A program made the position numbers and the translations under genes. DNA of 64,000 nt from a virus, in the IMG/VR virus record IMGVR_UViG_3300042475_005534, positions 1-64,000 of that record. One strand, given 5' to 3'. Position 1 is the stretch's first letter. Each line of letters opens with the position of its first letter. The notes under the pieces were generated by a model. It ran no database searches and was not told where the DNA came from. It saw only the letters and a list, made by a program, of their open reading frames with translations. Positions 38,924 through 49,233 of the stretch are shown piece by piece.

Positions 38924-41142
38924 AGCTCTCGTAGCGATGAATATGGGTTGGGGGTGAATTGTTGGAATGGGTGATCAGCCGTAGCAAAACCGGTCTGGCC
39001 ATACAACTTCAGATCTGCGATTTGCATCATGTTGCCATCCGCTCTAAGAGTTGGAAAGACTAGGCGATAACTATTAAATGCTGACAGCCCATCCATTGAC
39101 ACCAATGGTGCTTCCGTATGTCGCGCAGTGGGCAGCTGCAGCCCACCTGAGATGAGAAGATCCCAGGATCCGTTGCGCTGTCCATAGATCTGGTAAGAGG
39201 CAGGATCCCTGCCGGGCATGTCATTTGCTGTAGTTATCCTGAACCCAGTGAGACGGGTTGCTGTTGAATATGAGAACTCAACACCTGACCGAGACCCCCC
39301 GATATTCAGGTACTTTGTTAAGGGATCATTATCAAAGGCGTTTTCTACCTGCTCGAACACCGGGGAAGCAGTGAAACCATCAAGATCCACCGCAGTGGTT
39401 CTTGATGGCGAGGGGAGAAGCCCTGGTGGCGCAGGGGCTGGCTTCGGCGGAACTGGCTCAGGGGCTGGTGTTGGAGGTGCTGGTGCCGGTGGCACAGGAG
39501 CAGGAGCAGGAGCAGGTGGCGCTGGAGTGGGAGCTGGCGAGCTGGATTGAGTGCCAAAAAGCTTAAGCTCGGCGATCTGCACGAACCAGTCTTGAACACG
39601 CACAGCCGTAAAGATGAGGCGGTACTGCGTGAACAGGGACAGTTCGGGGAGCGTGACTGGTGCTGAGTCGGTCTGCCTGGCCTGTGGGAGCGACAGTGCA
39701 CCCGAGCTGAGTATCTGCCAAGAGGAACCGTCGTTGGAACCCTCAAGGCGGTAGGCGGTCGGATCGTACTGGGGATTGTCGTGAGCTGAGGTGACGATGA
39801 ACGACGTCAGGCGGTAGGGAACATCGTATGTAAATGAGACGCCCGTGGTTCCGTTTCTTCCGTGGTTGTTGCGGTGTGTGGAACTTCTGTTGTTGTCGAA
39901 CGCATTGCCCACCTGCCAGCCACTGTCTACCAAGCCGTTGACGAAACCAGAGTTCAGGGGCGCGGGCAGGAGGTACGGGGTGGACGACGGCGGGGCTGGT
40001 GTTGGAGGTGCTGGTGCCGGTGGTGCAGGAGTAGGAGCAGGAGTGGGAGCAGGGGGTGGGGTTGGCACCGGAGCCGGTCTTGGAGGTACCGGGGCCGGTG
40101 TTGGAGCTGGAAAAACGCCAGTTGGTGGGGTTGCAAGGAATGCCGCTACATTCAGCCGACCGCCTGTCGCCGTTTTGCCCGCCAACGAGGCTGTTGGAGT
40201 GGTACTCGCTAGCAACGCTTCTCGAATCTGTTGAGCACTGGCGGTGGGATACTTACTGGCATAAAGTGCAATGGCTCCCGTAACATGCGGCGCCGCCATA
40301 GAACTGCCGCTCAGGGTTGTGTAATTGTTCCCCGGCAGGGTGGAGTAAATACCAGACGCGGGTGCGCCAAGGTCTACCGTTGTCCTTCCATAATTAAATT
40401 GTTGATTCCCGTTGCTATCTAGTCCTGTTACAGAGATGACGGCTTCGTAACCGGCTCTCTGCAAGGTGCTTATCCCAGATGGGTAGGAGACATGAACATC
40501 ACTGTCCCGACCGGCATTGCCGGCAGCCGCGACGAAGAGAATGCCCGCTTGCGCGGCTCTAACCATGGCGTCTTCCATCCATGGCCCAGTTCCACCTCCC
40601 CATGAGTTGTTACTGGCTACGATGTTGAGACCATGACGACGCTTTAGATCCGTCAGGTAATCCAGGGCCAGCTTGACTCCATAGGTCGTTCCGCCCAAAT
40701 TCCCCAGGAACTTGAGGGGGATAATCTTCACGTTCCAGGCCACTCCAGCGACCCCTTCGCCATTGCCGCCAACAGCCCCGATAATTCCGGCTACATGGGT
40801 GCCGTGGCCGTCTTGGTGACCATCGAAAGTCGTATTGTCATTGCGGTCGAAATCCCAGCCGCGAATATCATCAATGTAGCCGTTTCCATCATTATCAATT
40901 CCGTCTCCCTCTATTTCGAAGGGATTGCGCCAGATATTCGCAGCCAAATCTGGGTGGGTATGATCAATTCCCGTATCAATAATTCCGATGTAAACATCCC
41001 TCGAACCCGTGTGGCCCGTTTTCCATGCTGCTTCGGCATTGGAGCCGAAGCCAGGGCCCATGCCCCATAAGTGGCCATTGGTGAGGGCGGGGTCATTGAT
41101 GGTGACGTTGCTCGTGAAGAGCTGATCCTGTAGCGGTTTCAT
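38920..41142 (-). CDS. S8 subtilisin-like protease with two discoidin/F5-8-like domains
   Basis: Triad IIDTG, HGTHVAG, SGSSMAAPHV; AAGN; two Pro/Ala linkers each followed by NAFDN...TSA(H/N)D...DP..Y...QIA(E/D)LKL. Confidence 0.9.
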   Translation of the reverse strand: MKPLQDQLFTSNVTINDPALTNGHLWGMGPGFGSNAEAAWKTGHTGSRDVYIGIIDTGIDHTHPDLAANIWRNPFEIEGDGIDNDGNGYIDDIRGWDFDRNDNTTFDGHQDGHGTHVAGIIGAVGGNGEGVAGVAWNVKIIPLKFLGNLGGTTYGVKLALDYLTDLKRRHGLNIVASNNSWGGGTGPWMEDAMVRAAQAGILFVAAAGNAGRDSDVHVSYPSGISTLQRAGYEAVISVTGLDSNGNQQFNYGRTTVDLGAPASGIYSTLPGNNYTTLSGSSMAAPHVTGAIALYASKYPTASAQQIREALLASTTPTASLAGKTATGGRLNVAAFLATPPTGVFPAPTPAPVPPRPAPVPTPPPAPTPAPTPAPPAPAPPTPAPPSSTPYLLPAPLNSGFVNGLVDSGWQVGNAFDNNRSSTHRNNHGRNGTTGVSFTYDVPYRLTSFIVTSAHDNPQYDPTAYRLEGSNDGSSWQILSSGALSLPQARQTDSAPVTLPELSLFTQYRLIFTAVRVQDWFVQIAELKLFGTQSSSPAPTPAPPAPAPAPVPPAPAPPTPAPEPVPPKPAPAPPGLLPSPSRTTAVDLDGFTASPVFEQVENAFDNDPLTKYLNIGGSRSGVEFSYSTATRLTGFRITTANDMPGRDPASYQIYGQRNGSWDLLISGGLQLPTARHTEAPLVSMDGLSAFNSYRLVFPTLRADGNMMQIADLKLYGQTGFATADHPFQQFTPNPYSSLREL

Positions 41143-41591
41143 GTTGATGCAGTAGCAGGTGGTTCAGTTGGCGGCTTGATATCTCCAGCCACATGCTCCA
41201 GGTAGCTGCGTCCGTCTCCGCGTTCCTGGTAAGCGTCAAGCTCTCGGAGTAATCGGCGTGCGTAAGGAATAGCGCCTTTGATCATGAGATCCTCGTAGTC
41301 GGCCGCCTTGGCAACAACCGAATCCAATCGGTCACCCAGGATGGGACCAAGGATGGAGGCGTAGACGATCACCATGGGATCAGTCTGGTACGAGCGGAAG
41401 CTGCTGCCACTGGAGGTGAAGCCGTCGATTAGGCGGTTCAACTCCGAGAGCTGCTCCAGCTGCTTCTGTTGCAATTGCTTCGTCTCCTGAAGAAGCGTGA
41501 GCCCCGAAGTGATCCCCATGCGGATCGCTCGGAGCTCGATCCCTACTAGATCCTTCGGGGGTGTCGGAGAGTCTTTGGACGAGGACGCCAT
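41139..41591 (-). CDS. Hypothetical protein
   Basis: 150 aa, coupled to the protease gene. Confidence 0.5.
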   Translation of the reverse strand: MASSSKDSPTPPKDLVGIELRAIRMGITSGLTLLQETKQLQQKQLEQLSELNRLIDGFTSSGSSFRSYQTDPMVIVYASILGPILGDRLDSVVAKAADYEDLMIKGAIPYARRLLRELDAYQERGDGRSYLEHVAGDIKPPTEPPATAST

Positions 41592-41677
41592 CGAATGCTC
41601 GGCAGAATTGGAGTGATGCTCGGTGCACAGGCTCGAGCTGTTTCCAGGCTTGATTGACCTGGCTTACACCGTAGCGC

Positions 41678-42037
41678 TCAATCAGTTGGCGCACATCCGA
41701 CTTCTGTACCGCCTCCTGCAGAAGCTGCAGAAGGCCTGGGTCTGAGAACGACATACGCGTAATCTCCTGTTGCGGAAGTCATGCCTTCAAGGGGCGCGAA
41801 AGAAATGATCAACGCAGTGTCCACCAGCTCACGCAAGCAGGCTTTGTGGGTCCACCCAATAGCAGCCTCGCTGTACCTGGAGGAAGGGGGGAGAGTCAAG
41901 AGAATGACCTCCCCCTCCCGGGCTTCGAGAACCGTCGGTGCCGAAGCGACCTGCTCGCAAGCTTCGACCAGGGTGGCTACGAGCCCACTGGTCGTTGAGT
42001 GCGTGACAGAACTGTCATCCTGGAGACTTTGGCTCAT
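41678..42037 (-). CDS. Hypothetical protein
   Basis: From MSQSLQDD; boundaries uncertain. Confidence 0.35.
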   Translation of the reverse strand: MSQSLQDDSSVTHSTTSGLVATLVEACEQVASAPTVLEAREGEVILLTLPPSSRYSEAAIGWTHKACLRELVDTALIISFAPLEGMTSATGDYAYVVLRPRPSAASAGGGTEVGCAPTD

Positions 42038-42071
42038 AGCAGTTAGCGTGTAACGAGAGTGGGCGCAATGA

Positions 42072-42347
42072 ATGACGACTGGATCAGGCATGGAGATGGA
42101 GGCAACCCTTGAGGCCCATTTCCAGTACAGGCAACTGGAGCTTCTTGTTGAGAAGGCAGGGCTCAAGGATCTCAAGGAGTTGTGCCTATTGCTGGGAAAG
42201 CACGCGCTGGTTGCACAACCAGCCGCCCTCCGGTGGGCAGCGATGGAGGCGGCCAGGGCCTTATCCCTTGGGATGCGCAATGACGCAGATCCCGGGGAGG
42301 CCCTCCTCCAGCAACTGCAGGAAAACAGCCAGCCGCCCCACGAGTGA
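42072..42347 (+). CDS. Hypothetical protein
   Basis: 91-aa helical ORF convergent with the next gene. Confidence 0.45.
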   Translation: MTTGSGMEMEATLEAHFQYRQLELLVEKAGLKDLKELCLLLGKHALVAQPAALRWAAMEAARALSLGMRNDADPGEALLQQLQENSQPPHE

Positions 42348-42368
42348 GCGGCCGGGCGTTACAAGCAG

Positions 42369-43064
42369 TTACCAGCCACCACCTGCAGCAACAGCAGTGC
42401 TTTCGAGTTCCTCGTCAGCACCGAGCACATCCCTCCCACCGGCTGGAATCACAGTGGCATTCAGTTGCAGATCTGCACCTGTAGCCCCTGCTGGGGGACC
42501 GGCAAAGGGATCACCACCCTCAAACATTGCAGGCAGCCAGATCGAGGAGCGGGATGCTTCCCACATCTTGAATGGGGCATCGTTCTTCGAGACGGCCTTC
42601 AGCGTTGGAATCGCCGTGTAGGTGGGCTTGTTGTTTTTTGAAACCTTAGAGATGGTCAGGTAAAAATTCGCAGGCTTACCGTCATCGACCTGGTAGTCCT
42701 CGAGGGCGAGGGTCTGCTCGATTGATGTCTGGAGGGAGGGCTGGGTGATTTCAAAGATCACGGGCTCGTCAGCTCCTTTCATCAGGGCTGCCCAGCTCAG
42801 GAAGTAGAAGGGCTCCGCCTTCTCCTGGCCGTTGAAGGCCATGCCAATGTCAGCGGCGTAACCCCTCGGGAAGAGGGGGAACAAACGGGGGCGCTTCTCC
42901 ATTGTGAAGTATTTGTAGCCGGAGATCACATGCCCAGTGGCAGCAGTGCCGCAGAGGCGGATCTCAACTGTCTTTCCCTCTGATAGGGACTTGGCATTGA
43001 AGAAGCGGTTACTGGAAAAGCGTTCGTCGGTCGGTTTGTAGTTGGTTGGGAATGGTGATGTCAT
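42369..43064 (-). CDS. Probable ssDNA-binding/replication protein
   Basis: PVIFEITQ..LQ, LTISK.....TY...P, MFEGGDPF and an acidic tail; next to the SSB gene. Confidence 0.45.
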   Translation of the reverse strand: MTSPFPTNYKPTDERFSSNRFFNAKSLSEGKTVEIRLCGTAATGHVISGYKYFTMEKRPRLFPLFPRGYAADIGMAFNGQEKAEPFYFLSWAALMKGADEPVIFEITQPSLQTSIEQTLALEDYQVDDGKPANFYLTISKVSKNNKPTYTAIPTLKAVSKNDAPFKMWEASRSSIWLPAMFEGGDPFAGPPAGATGADLQLNATVIPAGGRDVLGADEELESTAVAAGGGW

Positions 43065-43078
43065 GAATTGGCTTGAGT

Positions 43079-43798
43079 TTAGTTCCAGTTGGGATGAATG
43101 TCGTGATCGGCCTCAAAAGAGGCCTGGTCGTAGCCGACTGCCGCAGTACCCGTAGCGGGATCACTGCTGCCGCCGCGCCCTCTGTGGACTCGGAAGGAGC
43201 GAACCTTAACCTCACAGTAGGGCTCATTGGTAGAGGATGTCATCTGGGAGAACGATCCAGAGACCTCCACCAGTGCACCGATATCCACCCTGGAGAAGCG
43301 CTCCTGGGTGGTACCGAATACCCGACAACCATACCAATCGGTCTGCTCAATCGGGTCTCCCCCTTGCGGATTGGGGAGGTACCGATTCAGGGCTACAGAG
43401 CGCCGGGTTGATTTCCCGGCTGGCTTGGGTTCGCTACCGATGCGACCGACAAGAGTGACCTCGTTGAGGTACTGCTCGTCAGTAGCAGGGCAACAGACGA
43501 AAGCCGTAATGACAGGCTGGCTGGAGCCTTCCATGAGCAGGACATCGCCGGAGACCAGGATGCGATCACCGACGATCTTCTGTGCAAGGAGCCCAGCTGA
43601 GGGCCCATCCTTGAAGGCCCTCACGTCCACAAGGACGGGGGTCTGGCCTGAGGGGATCTCCCCAGTGGCGCAGAGAAATTCACGACTGCCGTCTATAACG
43701 GACTGGGGGTTCCCGGTCAGGACAACGACAGCTGCCGCATAGGTCAAGCGAATTCGAGCAGGGCGCAACCAAGATATCCAAAATGCGCGAAGTGTCAA
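43079..43798 (-). CDS. ssb: Single-stranded DNA-binding protein (tandem OB-fold type)
   Basis: LNEVTLVGRIGSEP, VALNR, TDWY.C.VFG, GALVEVSG. Start uncertain. Confidence 0.7.
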   Translation of the reverse strand: MTLRAFWISWLRPARIRLTYAAAVVVLTGNPQSVIDGSREFLCATGEIPSGQTPVLVDVRAFKDGPSAGLLAQKIVGDRILVSGDVLLMEGSSQPVITAFVCCPATDEQYLNEVTLVGRIGSEPKPAGKSTRRSVALNRYLPNPQGGDPIEQTDWYGCRVFGTTQERFSRVDIGALVEVSGSFSQMTSSTNEPYCEVKVRSFRVHRGRGGSSDPATGTAAVGYDQASFEADHDIHPNWN

Positions 43799-43825
43799 GC
43801 ATTGCCCGATACATCAGGCATTGCA

Positions 43826-44443
43826 CTAAGCGCCGTACTCCAGTAGCCAGTCAGGCAGGGGCGGGATGGGGACTGCTGTCTGGGGCATCAGCATGGCCAC
43901 AAGAGAAAGATCCTCTCTCTGTAGACGTAGGGGGCCATTGGGGTAGGGAGAGACAACCAGTGATTGGGTTGCATCAGCCATAGACCGCATCGCAGAGAGC
44001 AGCAGGGGCAAGTCGTATCGCCCAGAGGATCCCAGCTGGATTGGCGCAGAGCCCCAGAACTCGACGGCCCTGGCAATGACAGAGCGAACCGGGGGGAAGG
44101 GGACACTTGTTGTGGCGATGGGAAATGATTTACCGACGGAGTGCGACTGGTAGTACGTGGTCACTGTGGCCAGCCCGTCTTCAATGGCCAGTTCCCTTTC
44201 AGCGCTTTTGATCCCCTTGCTGGCGGTCTTGATCTCAGGGGTGGGGAGGAACACCGTTGCGGGTTCATCTGTGACGCCCTTGGGGTCGTAGCCGATGACG
44301 ACCATGGCCTGGGAATCGGCAAGTGCTGTGACGGTGACGCCCTTGCCGGAGGGGTGCGGTGCTAGCTCAATTCCCTGACAGGGAGCGAACTTCCCGACGA
44401 CATCGGCTGCGTGGGAGAAGAGGGAAGAATTGAGGCGAAACAT
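43826..44443 (-). CDS. Hypothetical protein, possibly sliding-clamp-like fragment
   Basis: GIELAP...GVTV.A, FPPVRSVI and VAMLMP loosely resemble clamp motifs. Confidence 0.35.
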   Translation of the reverse strand: MFRLNSSLFSHAADVVGKFAPCQGIELAPHPSGKGVTVTALADSQAMVVIGYDPKGVTDEPATVFLPTPEIKTASKGIKSAERELAIEDGLATVTTYYQSHSVGKSFPIATTSVPFPPVRSVIARAVEFWGSAPIQLGSSGRYDLPLLLSAMRSMADATQSLVVSPYPNGPLRLQREDLSLVAMLMPQTAVPIPPLPDWLLEYGA

Positions 44444-44578
44444 AGATGGATTAGATGAAAGCCACCAAGCGGAGATCGCTAGGCTAAGGGTGGGCCCCGC
44501 GTCGTTCGGTCGTGGTGATTGACCAGTGAGTCATTCTGCACGAGCTGTCACGAGCTGGGCTGTTTTCAGGGCACTACC

Positions 44579-45415
44579 ATGTCTCAGCTTCCCGACAAGC
44601 CGGAACCAAAGCCCACCTGGCTGCCGATGGAGGCAGTCGTGGTCTGCGTGAACTATGCAGACTTCCTAGCCCACACGTTGCCGCATAACAAAAGCCAGTT
44701 CGATCGCATGGTCGTGGTCACGGCACCTGGGGACGAGGAGACCGTGAGCCTTTGCCGTTACTACAACGTTGAATGCGTCGAAACAGATGTGTTCTACAGG
44801 AACGGGGACGATTTCAACAAGGGTGCGGGCATCAATGAAGGGCTAGCCAAGCTATCTCTTCGTGGCTGGACAGTCCACATGGATGCAGACATTTACATGC
44901 CTCCGCAGACGAGGTCGATAATCGATCGCCTGCAGCTGGATCCACAGAAGGTCTACGGGGCTGACCGACTGATGTGTCCCAGCTACGAGGCATGGGCTGA
45001 ATTCATGTGTGCTCCAAAGCCGATCCAGGACAGTTGGGTTTTCATTCACCCAACAGCATTTCCGGTTGGGATTCGCTTGGCCCAGTACATGAGCTACTGG
45101 GGTGGATACGAACCGCTGGGATACTTCCAGCTGTGGAATCCACAGAGTTCTGGAATCACCAGATATCCAACAGAGCATGGAGCGGCAGATCGAACTGACG
45201 TGCTGTTCTGCAAGAAGTGGCCAAGAGCCAAACGGGAATTGCTTCCAGAGATTCTCTTGATCCACTTGGAAAGCACTGACGAGATGGGGGCTAATTGGTG
45301 GGGGAGGAAAAGCCCCAGGTTTGCCCCACCGGCAAGGAAGCCGAAGCGGTCCCTACTGCGGAGATTCGTCGAGTGGTTCAGGGGTCCCGGGCCGCACGTC
45401 ACCTGGAGCCATTGA
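44579..45415 (+). CDS. GT-A fold glycosyltransferase
   Basis: VVVCVNYADFL, FNKGAGINEGL, HMDADI (DxD), GYFQLW. Confidence 0.75.
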   Translation: MSQLPDKPEPKPTWLPMEAVVVCVNYADFLAHTLPHNKSQFDRMVVVTAPGDEETVSLCRYYNVECVETDVFYRNGDDFNKGAGINEGLAKLSLRGWTVHMDADIYMPPQTRSIIDRLQLDPQKVYGADRLMCPSYEAWAEFMCAPKPIQDSWVFIHPTAFPVGIRLAQYMSYWGGYEPLGYFQLWNPQSSGITRYPTEHGAADRTDVLFCKKWPRAKRELLPEILLIHLESTDEMGANWWGRKSPRFAPPARKPKRSLLRRFVEWFRGPGPHVTWSH

Positions 45416-45673
45416 GGCAAGGACCCACTTCCATGGGAGGTTGCGCGCCTGGAGCCCATGATTGGCTTCCAGTAGTTCGTCCATGGTGATCGTTGGCGTC
45501 CAGTCAGCGAGGATGGGCGCACCGGTTTCACGATGGACAAGTCTGACCATCCGGAATGACATGACAGCTTCATCAGCTGAACCAGGCTAGGAAGTCTGGA
45601 GGCCTGCGCTTGATGTGTAAAGCATTGTGCCAGCTGGGTTTCAATAGGATAGAAGGCGATTAGCCGCCTTGCC

Positions 45674-45910
45674 TTGAGCGACGAACAGGATCGGGAGGAC
45701 GTCGATTTCTGGTATCAGATTCGACTGAATGCTGTCTCCGCTTTGGTGATGGCAGGTGGTGCTGCGATCTTGTGGATTGGTTACAAGGTGCCACTGCAGT
45801 TGGATGCCATCCTCGATAATCAGAAGGAGCAATCAGAGGAGATCGTGCAGATCAAGGTAGACCTCAAATCACACGATCGCCGAATCACCCAGCTGGAGCT
45901 GAGGCCGTGA
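45674..45910 (+). CDS. Small membrane / coiled-coil protein
   Basis: One hydrophobic segment followed by ..HDRRITQLE. Confidence 0.5.
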   Translation: MSDEQDREDVDFWYQIRLNAVSALVMAGGAAILWIGYKVPLQLDAILDNQKEQSEEIVQIKVDLKSHDRRITQLELRP

Positions 45911-46313
45911 CTTGCCAAGGAAACGAGCGCTGCTGCCGCAGGACTGAGAACGCCATACTGATTGGCGGGTTGGTCATTACGGCAGCGACGTTGATTCTGG
46001 GTATCACCTTTAGTCGGCATCTACGGGCCTTGGTCACAGGCGGTACCCCGTCGGGATTGGTACGAGTGTTGTCGCCCGCTGCCGAAGCGGCAGGTTCTAA
46101 TCGCTAGTGTGCGGCGCTCTCGTGTTGGCAGGTGCGAAACGTTTTTGGTAGTAGGGCTCAAGGATCTTAAGCCACTGCTTGGCTGAGTAAATCCGCCGCG
46201 TCTTGAGATTAAGCTCTCGATCCGCCCTTTGGCAGTAGTGGTCAATACGGGCGGCCTCGAGGGAGAGGGCAACGTAGTAACGCAAGAGGCAGTGGCTAGT
46301 GATCTCGATGGAG

Positions 46314-47123
46314 TCAGGCTCCTGATTTGCGCTTGCTTCCATAGCCTGTGAACTCTCCGTTGCGACGACGTATTTTGATGGCCTCTGCGGCGGGGGTGCC
46401 AGGGGGCTGGAAGCCGTGGCTCAGGTGGCAGAAGTGGGAGGGTGTCTCAGTCCAGGCCAGGTAGTCCGTCTTGTCAATGGGGAGTCCCAAGGCTTCTGCT
46501 TCGTGCTCATAGTTGAGGACGCGAGCAGAGCGAGGGAAGATGCCCTGCTCGATCAGGTGATCGAACTTGCCGCCCCATGATGCCGTGACCCTGAGGTTTT
46601 GTGGCAGGGGCAGAAGTCTTGGAGGATTCCCCACCACAAAGAGCGGCAGATTCTTGGTGTAGAAGTAGTGGATCAAGTCAGGAGTTCTTTCCGCGGCGGC
46701 AATGATGCCATCACGGAGGGCCACTGAGAAGCAGTCGCCGCCAGCAAACCAGCGGACATGGGTGGTCTTGTGCTGCCTGGAGCGCTCGATGCCGCCGAGG
46801 AGGATGTCCCTGAGGGCATCTGGAGCGGCATGGCGCACAAGATCGAAATTGCGCCAGCGGCTATTGCGAGCCGTGGGATAACGCTGCTCCGTGCTGACCT
46901 CGTAGCAACGAATGATCTGTTGAGGGCCATCCGTAATTTGGCCGGTATTCCGATCGGAAAGCGCAAGGCAAGCTAAGGCGCCAGGGCAGGTGTGCCCAGA
47001 AGGAAGTGAAAAGGTCAAGAAAGAATCAGGGAGTTTGCCATTGCCTCGACCGAAGAATGGCAACTCACGGAAGGTGCTGACCTCAAGCGCACGGGTGGGA
47101 CGAACAAGGACCGTCATGATCAC
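46314..47123 (-). CDS. GP88-like phage protein
   Basis: GNGKL, FSLPSGHTCPGA..C, CY, VRW..GGD.FS, YFYTK. Confidence 0.7.
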   Translation of the reverse strand: MIMTVLVRPTRALEVSTFRELPFFGRGNGKLPDSFLTFSLPSGHTCPGALACLALSDRNTGQITDGPQQIIRCYEVSTEQRYPTARNSRWRNFDLVRHAAPDALRDILLGGIERSRQHKTTHVRWFAGGDCFSVALRDGIIAAAERTPDLIHYFYTKNLPLFVVGNPPRLLPLPQNLRVTASWGGKFDHLIEQGIFPRSARVLNYEHEAEALGLPIDKTDYLAWTETPSHFCHLSHGFQPPGTPAAEAIKIRRRNGEFTGYGSKRKSGA

Positions 47124-47371
47124 TTAGCCGAGTCAGCAGAGACATCACGCTTGAGCTGCTGCAGCTGGACATCAGCCAGGGCTTGCGCTTTTTCAAGTTC
47201 AGACTTGAGGCGTGACAGGGTGTTAGCCAGGGTAAGCGCTTCATCGGTGGTCAAGGGACTGGATGGACCCAGGGAGTCGTAATGCGACTGAAGAGCCAGG
47301 AGCTCCCAGTAGAGGAACTCCGCCTGCCTGGGAGTGTGATCCAGGCGGATCATGTAGGGACGTGGATACAT
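47120..47371 (-). CDS. Hypothetical protein
   Basis: From MYPRPY, downstream of leader motif copy 1. Confidence 0.5.
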   Translation of the reverse strand: MYPRPYMIRLDHTPRQAEFLYWELLALQSHYDSLGPSSPLTTDEALTLANTLSRLKSELEKAQALADVQLQQLKRDVSADSAK

Positions 47372-47400
47372 GTGATTAGTGGTTGAATAGAAAAACGAAA

Positions 47401-47438
47401 GCCCGCCCAGCAAGCAGTGCGCACTGCTGAGAAAGGGC
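47401..47438 (-). promoter_or_regulatory. Conserved leader hairpin motif, copy 1
   Basis: TCAGCAGTGCGCAC, core at 47421-47430. Confidence 0.7.
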
Positions 47439-47441
47439 AAT

Positions 47442-47465
47442 AAAAAAGCCGACCCATTGGCCGGC
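47442..47465 (-). terminator. Intrinsic terminator
   Basis: GCCGGCCAATGGGTCGGC followed by TTTTTT on the minus strand. Confidence 0.7.
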
Positions 47466-47516
47466 GAGGTGGTGAGTTATGCGACAGTGGAGGCAGTAGC
47501 TTGCGCCCCCGTGGAA

Positions 47517-47921
47517 TTAAAGATTCGACTCTATCAAGTCAGCGATCTGAAGGAACGAAAAACCGTTGTCATTAACATCGGTCAGATTTTGACTGCTTAG
47601 GTCATATTCGTGGTTAGCGCAGGAAGGGTCGTCAACCCTAAAGTCGGGCAAACTGACGTTGAACTCCCCTGTCAGCGCGAAGTCGGGATCAACAGCAATT
47701 ATTCCTGCCCACTTGGCAACCTCCCCAGGGAGAAGCGCGTCGCAGCGCAGATAGGTCGTGTCTTTGTCGTCCCACCCTGGCCCACCCTGGTCGCGATCGT
47801 AGAGATCGCAGAGGACCCCCAGACAGCAGTAAGTGTCCCCGCAGCGGAGCTGGCCAATGCCCTGCTGGTAGTTACCTGAGCGCAGGGCGTCGACCCAGAG
47901 TTTTTTGATGTGTTCGTGCAT
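47517..47921 (-). CDS. Conserved phage hypothetical protein
   Basis: WVDALRSGNYQQG.GQL...YCCLGVLCD...SF.QIADLIE. Confidence 0.75.
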   Translation of the reverse strand: MHEHIKKLWVDALRSGNYQQGIGQLRCGDTYCCLGVLCDLYDRDQGGPGWDDKDTTYLRCDALLPGEVAKWAGIIAVDPDFALTGEFNVSLPDFRVDDPSCANHEYDLSSQNLTDVNDNGFSFLQIADLIESNL

Positions 47922-48217
47922 GAGAATTACCGGCTCAGGGCCGGGGGGAGGGGATGCGGTAAAAGGGGTTTTCGTAGCGATGAATGACTTCCATGGCGGC
48001 TTGGACTTCCGCCCTGATCAGTCCTTGAACGTAGCGATGTCTATCATCCTGGTGGGCGTTCCCACACTTGAGTGCCATATCAATAGCAGCAACATGCCTG
48101 GCAAGAGCGGCGTAGGCATGAGCCAGATCTGGTTGGATGATTTCGGGCGTTTCCATGAATAGGCCTGGTTGGGTGATCTCGGTCATTTCGATTCGTGTTG
48201 GAAGCGAGGGAAGCGTT

Positions 48218-48616
48218 TTACCCATCAGGGAGAGCCGCTATAGCGCGGCGGAGGATTGCTTTGTGGGCAGGTCGATAAGTTGGCACGCCGGCTTCTATGG
48301 CATCAAAGTGCGCCTCAAGCGCTTCCAAGGCCTGCTCCTTCAAGCTCGGCGGCTTGGGGCGTCGGGCGACGCGGAGATCATCGATCACGGCTTGTGGATA
48401 CCACTCGGCACGTAAATGATGCAAGCATGCTTCCAGCTCAGCATCTGCAGCGGCCTGAATCTCCGGCTCGCGCTGGTCCCAGGCCCATCGGGCGGCCTGG
48501 GCAATTAAATAATCAGAGAGTTTGTCATAGTCGGGATAATCCCATGGAGCTTCTTTTCTCCATTTGACTCGCATCTCTTGAGGCGGGCTGCTGGGGTGCT
48601 GCTGTTGTTCAGTCAT
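48218..48616 (-). CDS. Hypothetical protein
   Basis: ADAELEAC...RRPKPPSLKEQAL motif. Confidence 0.65.
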   Translation of the reverse strand: MTEQQQHPSSPPQEMRVKWRKEAPWDYPDYDKLSDYLIAQAARWAWDQREPEIQAAADAELEACLHHLRAEWYPQAVIDDLRVARRPKPPSLKEQALEALEAHFDAIEAGVPTYRPAHKAILRRAIAALPDG

Positions 48617-48756
48617 GGGTTTAGGTGTTGAACTCAGAGGTTTTTCCGGATAGTTGGATTAGGCGGTCAACACCAGGAGTCAGTCATCGTCAAAGAAGGG
48701 TTGGGCGCCGAACAAGGCAACTTCCACGGCAGGGGGAGCAATCAAAAGTAGTTGTT

Positions 48757-48978
48757 TCATGGGGTAAGGGGGTCACAAGCCCGGGCGAGGTGAGTCACGA
48801 CGTCTTCGTAGTAGATCCAGCGCCAGCATTGGACGTAGGCGCCGTCTTCGTCTTCCCTGCTAATCTTGGCGTCGTCGTCGAACTCAAGTTCGCCATCGCG
48901 GCCATAGAGTTCGTTGGCGACCTGGCGGAGGACCTCATCGTTGGGACCTGGAAATAGGTCAGGCATTGAGTGGCTCAT
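48757..48978 (-). CDS. Hypothetical protein
   Basis: DGELEFDDDAKIS...GAYVQCWRW. Confidence 0.6.
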   Translation of the reverse strand: MSHSMPDLFPGPNDEVLRQVANELYGRDGELEFDDDAKISREDEDGAYVQCWRWIYYEDVVTHLARACDPLTP

Positions 48979-49175
48979 GGCAGGAAGTAAGCAGTAGCCC
49001 CAGGAGAAGTGGCTTCCCCTTGGCTGACGCCGATCAGCCTGCGAGAGGTGTCGAGCGTGCGCCACTCCGAGCGGTAGGGCCAGCGGTCGTTGACAATTCG
49101 CGGATGAATGTTGATACCTGCTGTTGAGAGGCGATTGATTTCAGAAAAGAACTGGTTGCGGTCGACGGGTTTCAT
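48975..49175 (-). CDS. Hypothetical protein
   Basis: 66-aa coupled ORF. Confidence 0.55.
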   Translation of the reverse strand: MKPVDRNQFFSEINRLSTAGINIHPRIVNDRWPYRSEWRTLDTSRRLIGVSQGEATSPGATAYFLP

Positions 49176-49233
49176 TGGGCTTTGAACTCAGAGGTTGTTC
49201 CGGATAGTTGGATTAGGCGGTCAGCACCAGGAG

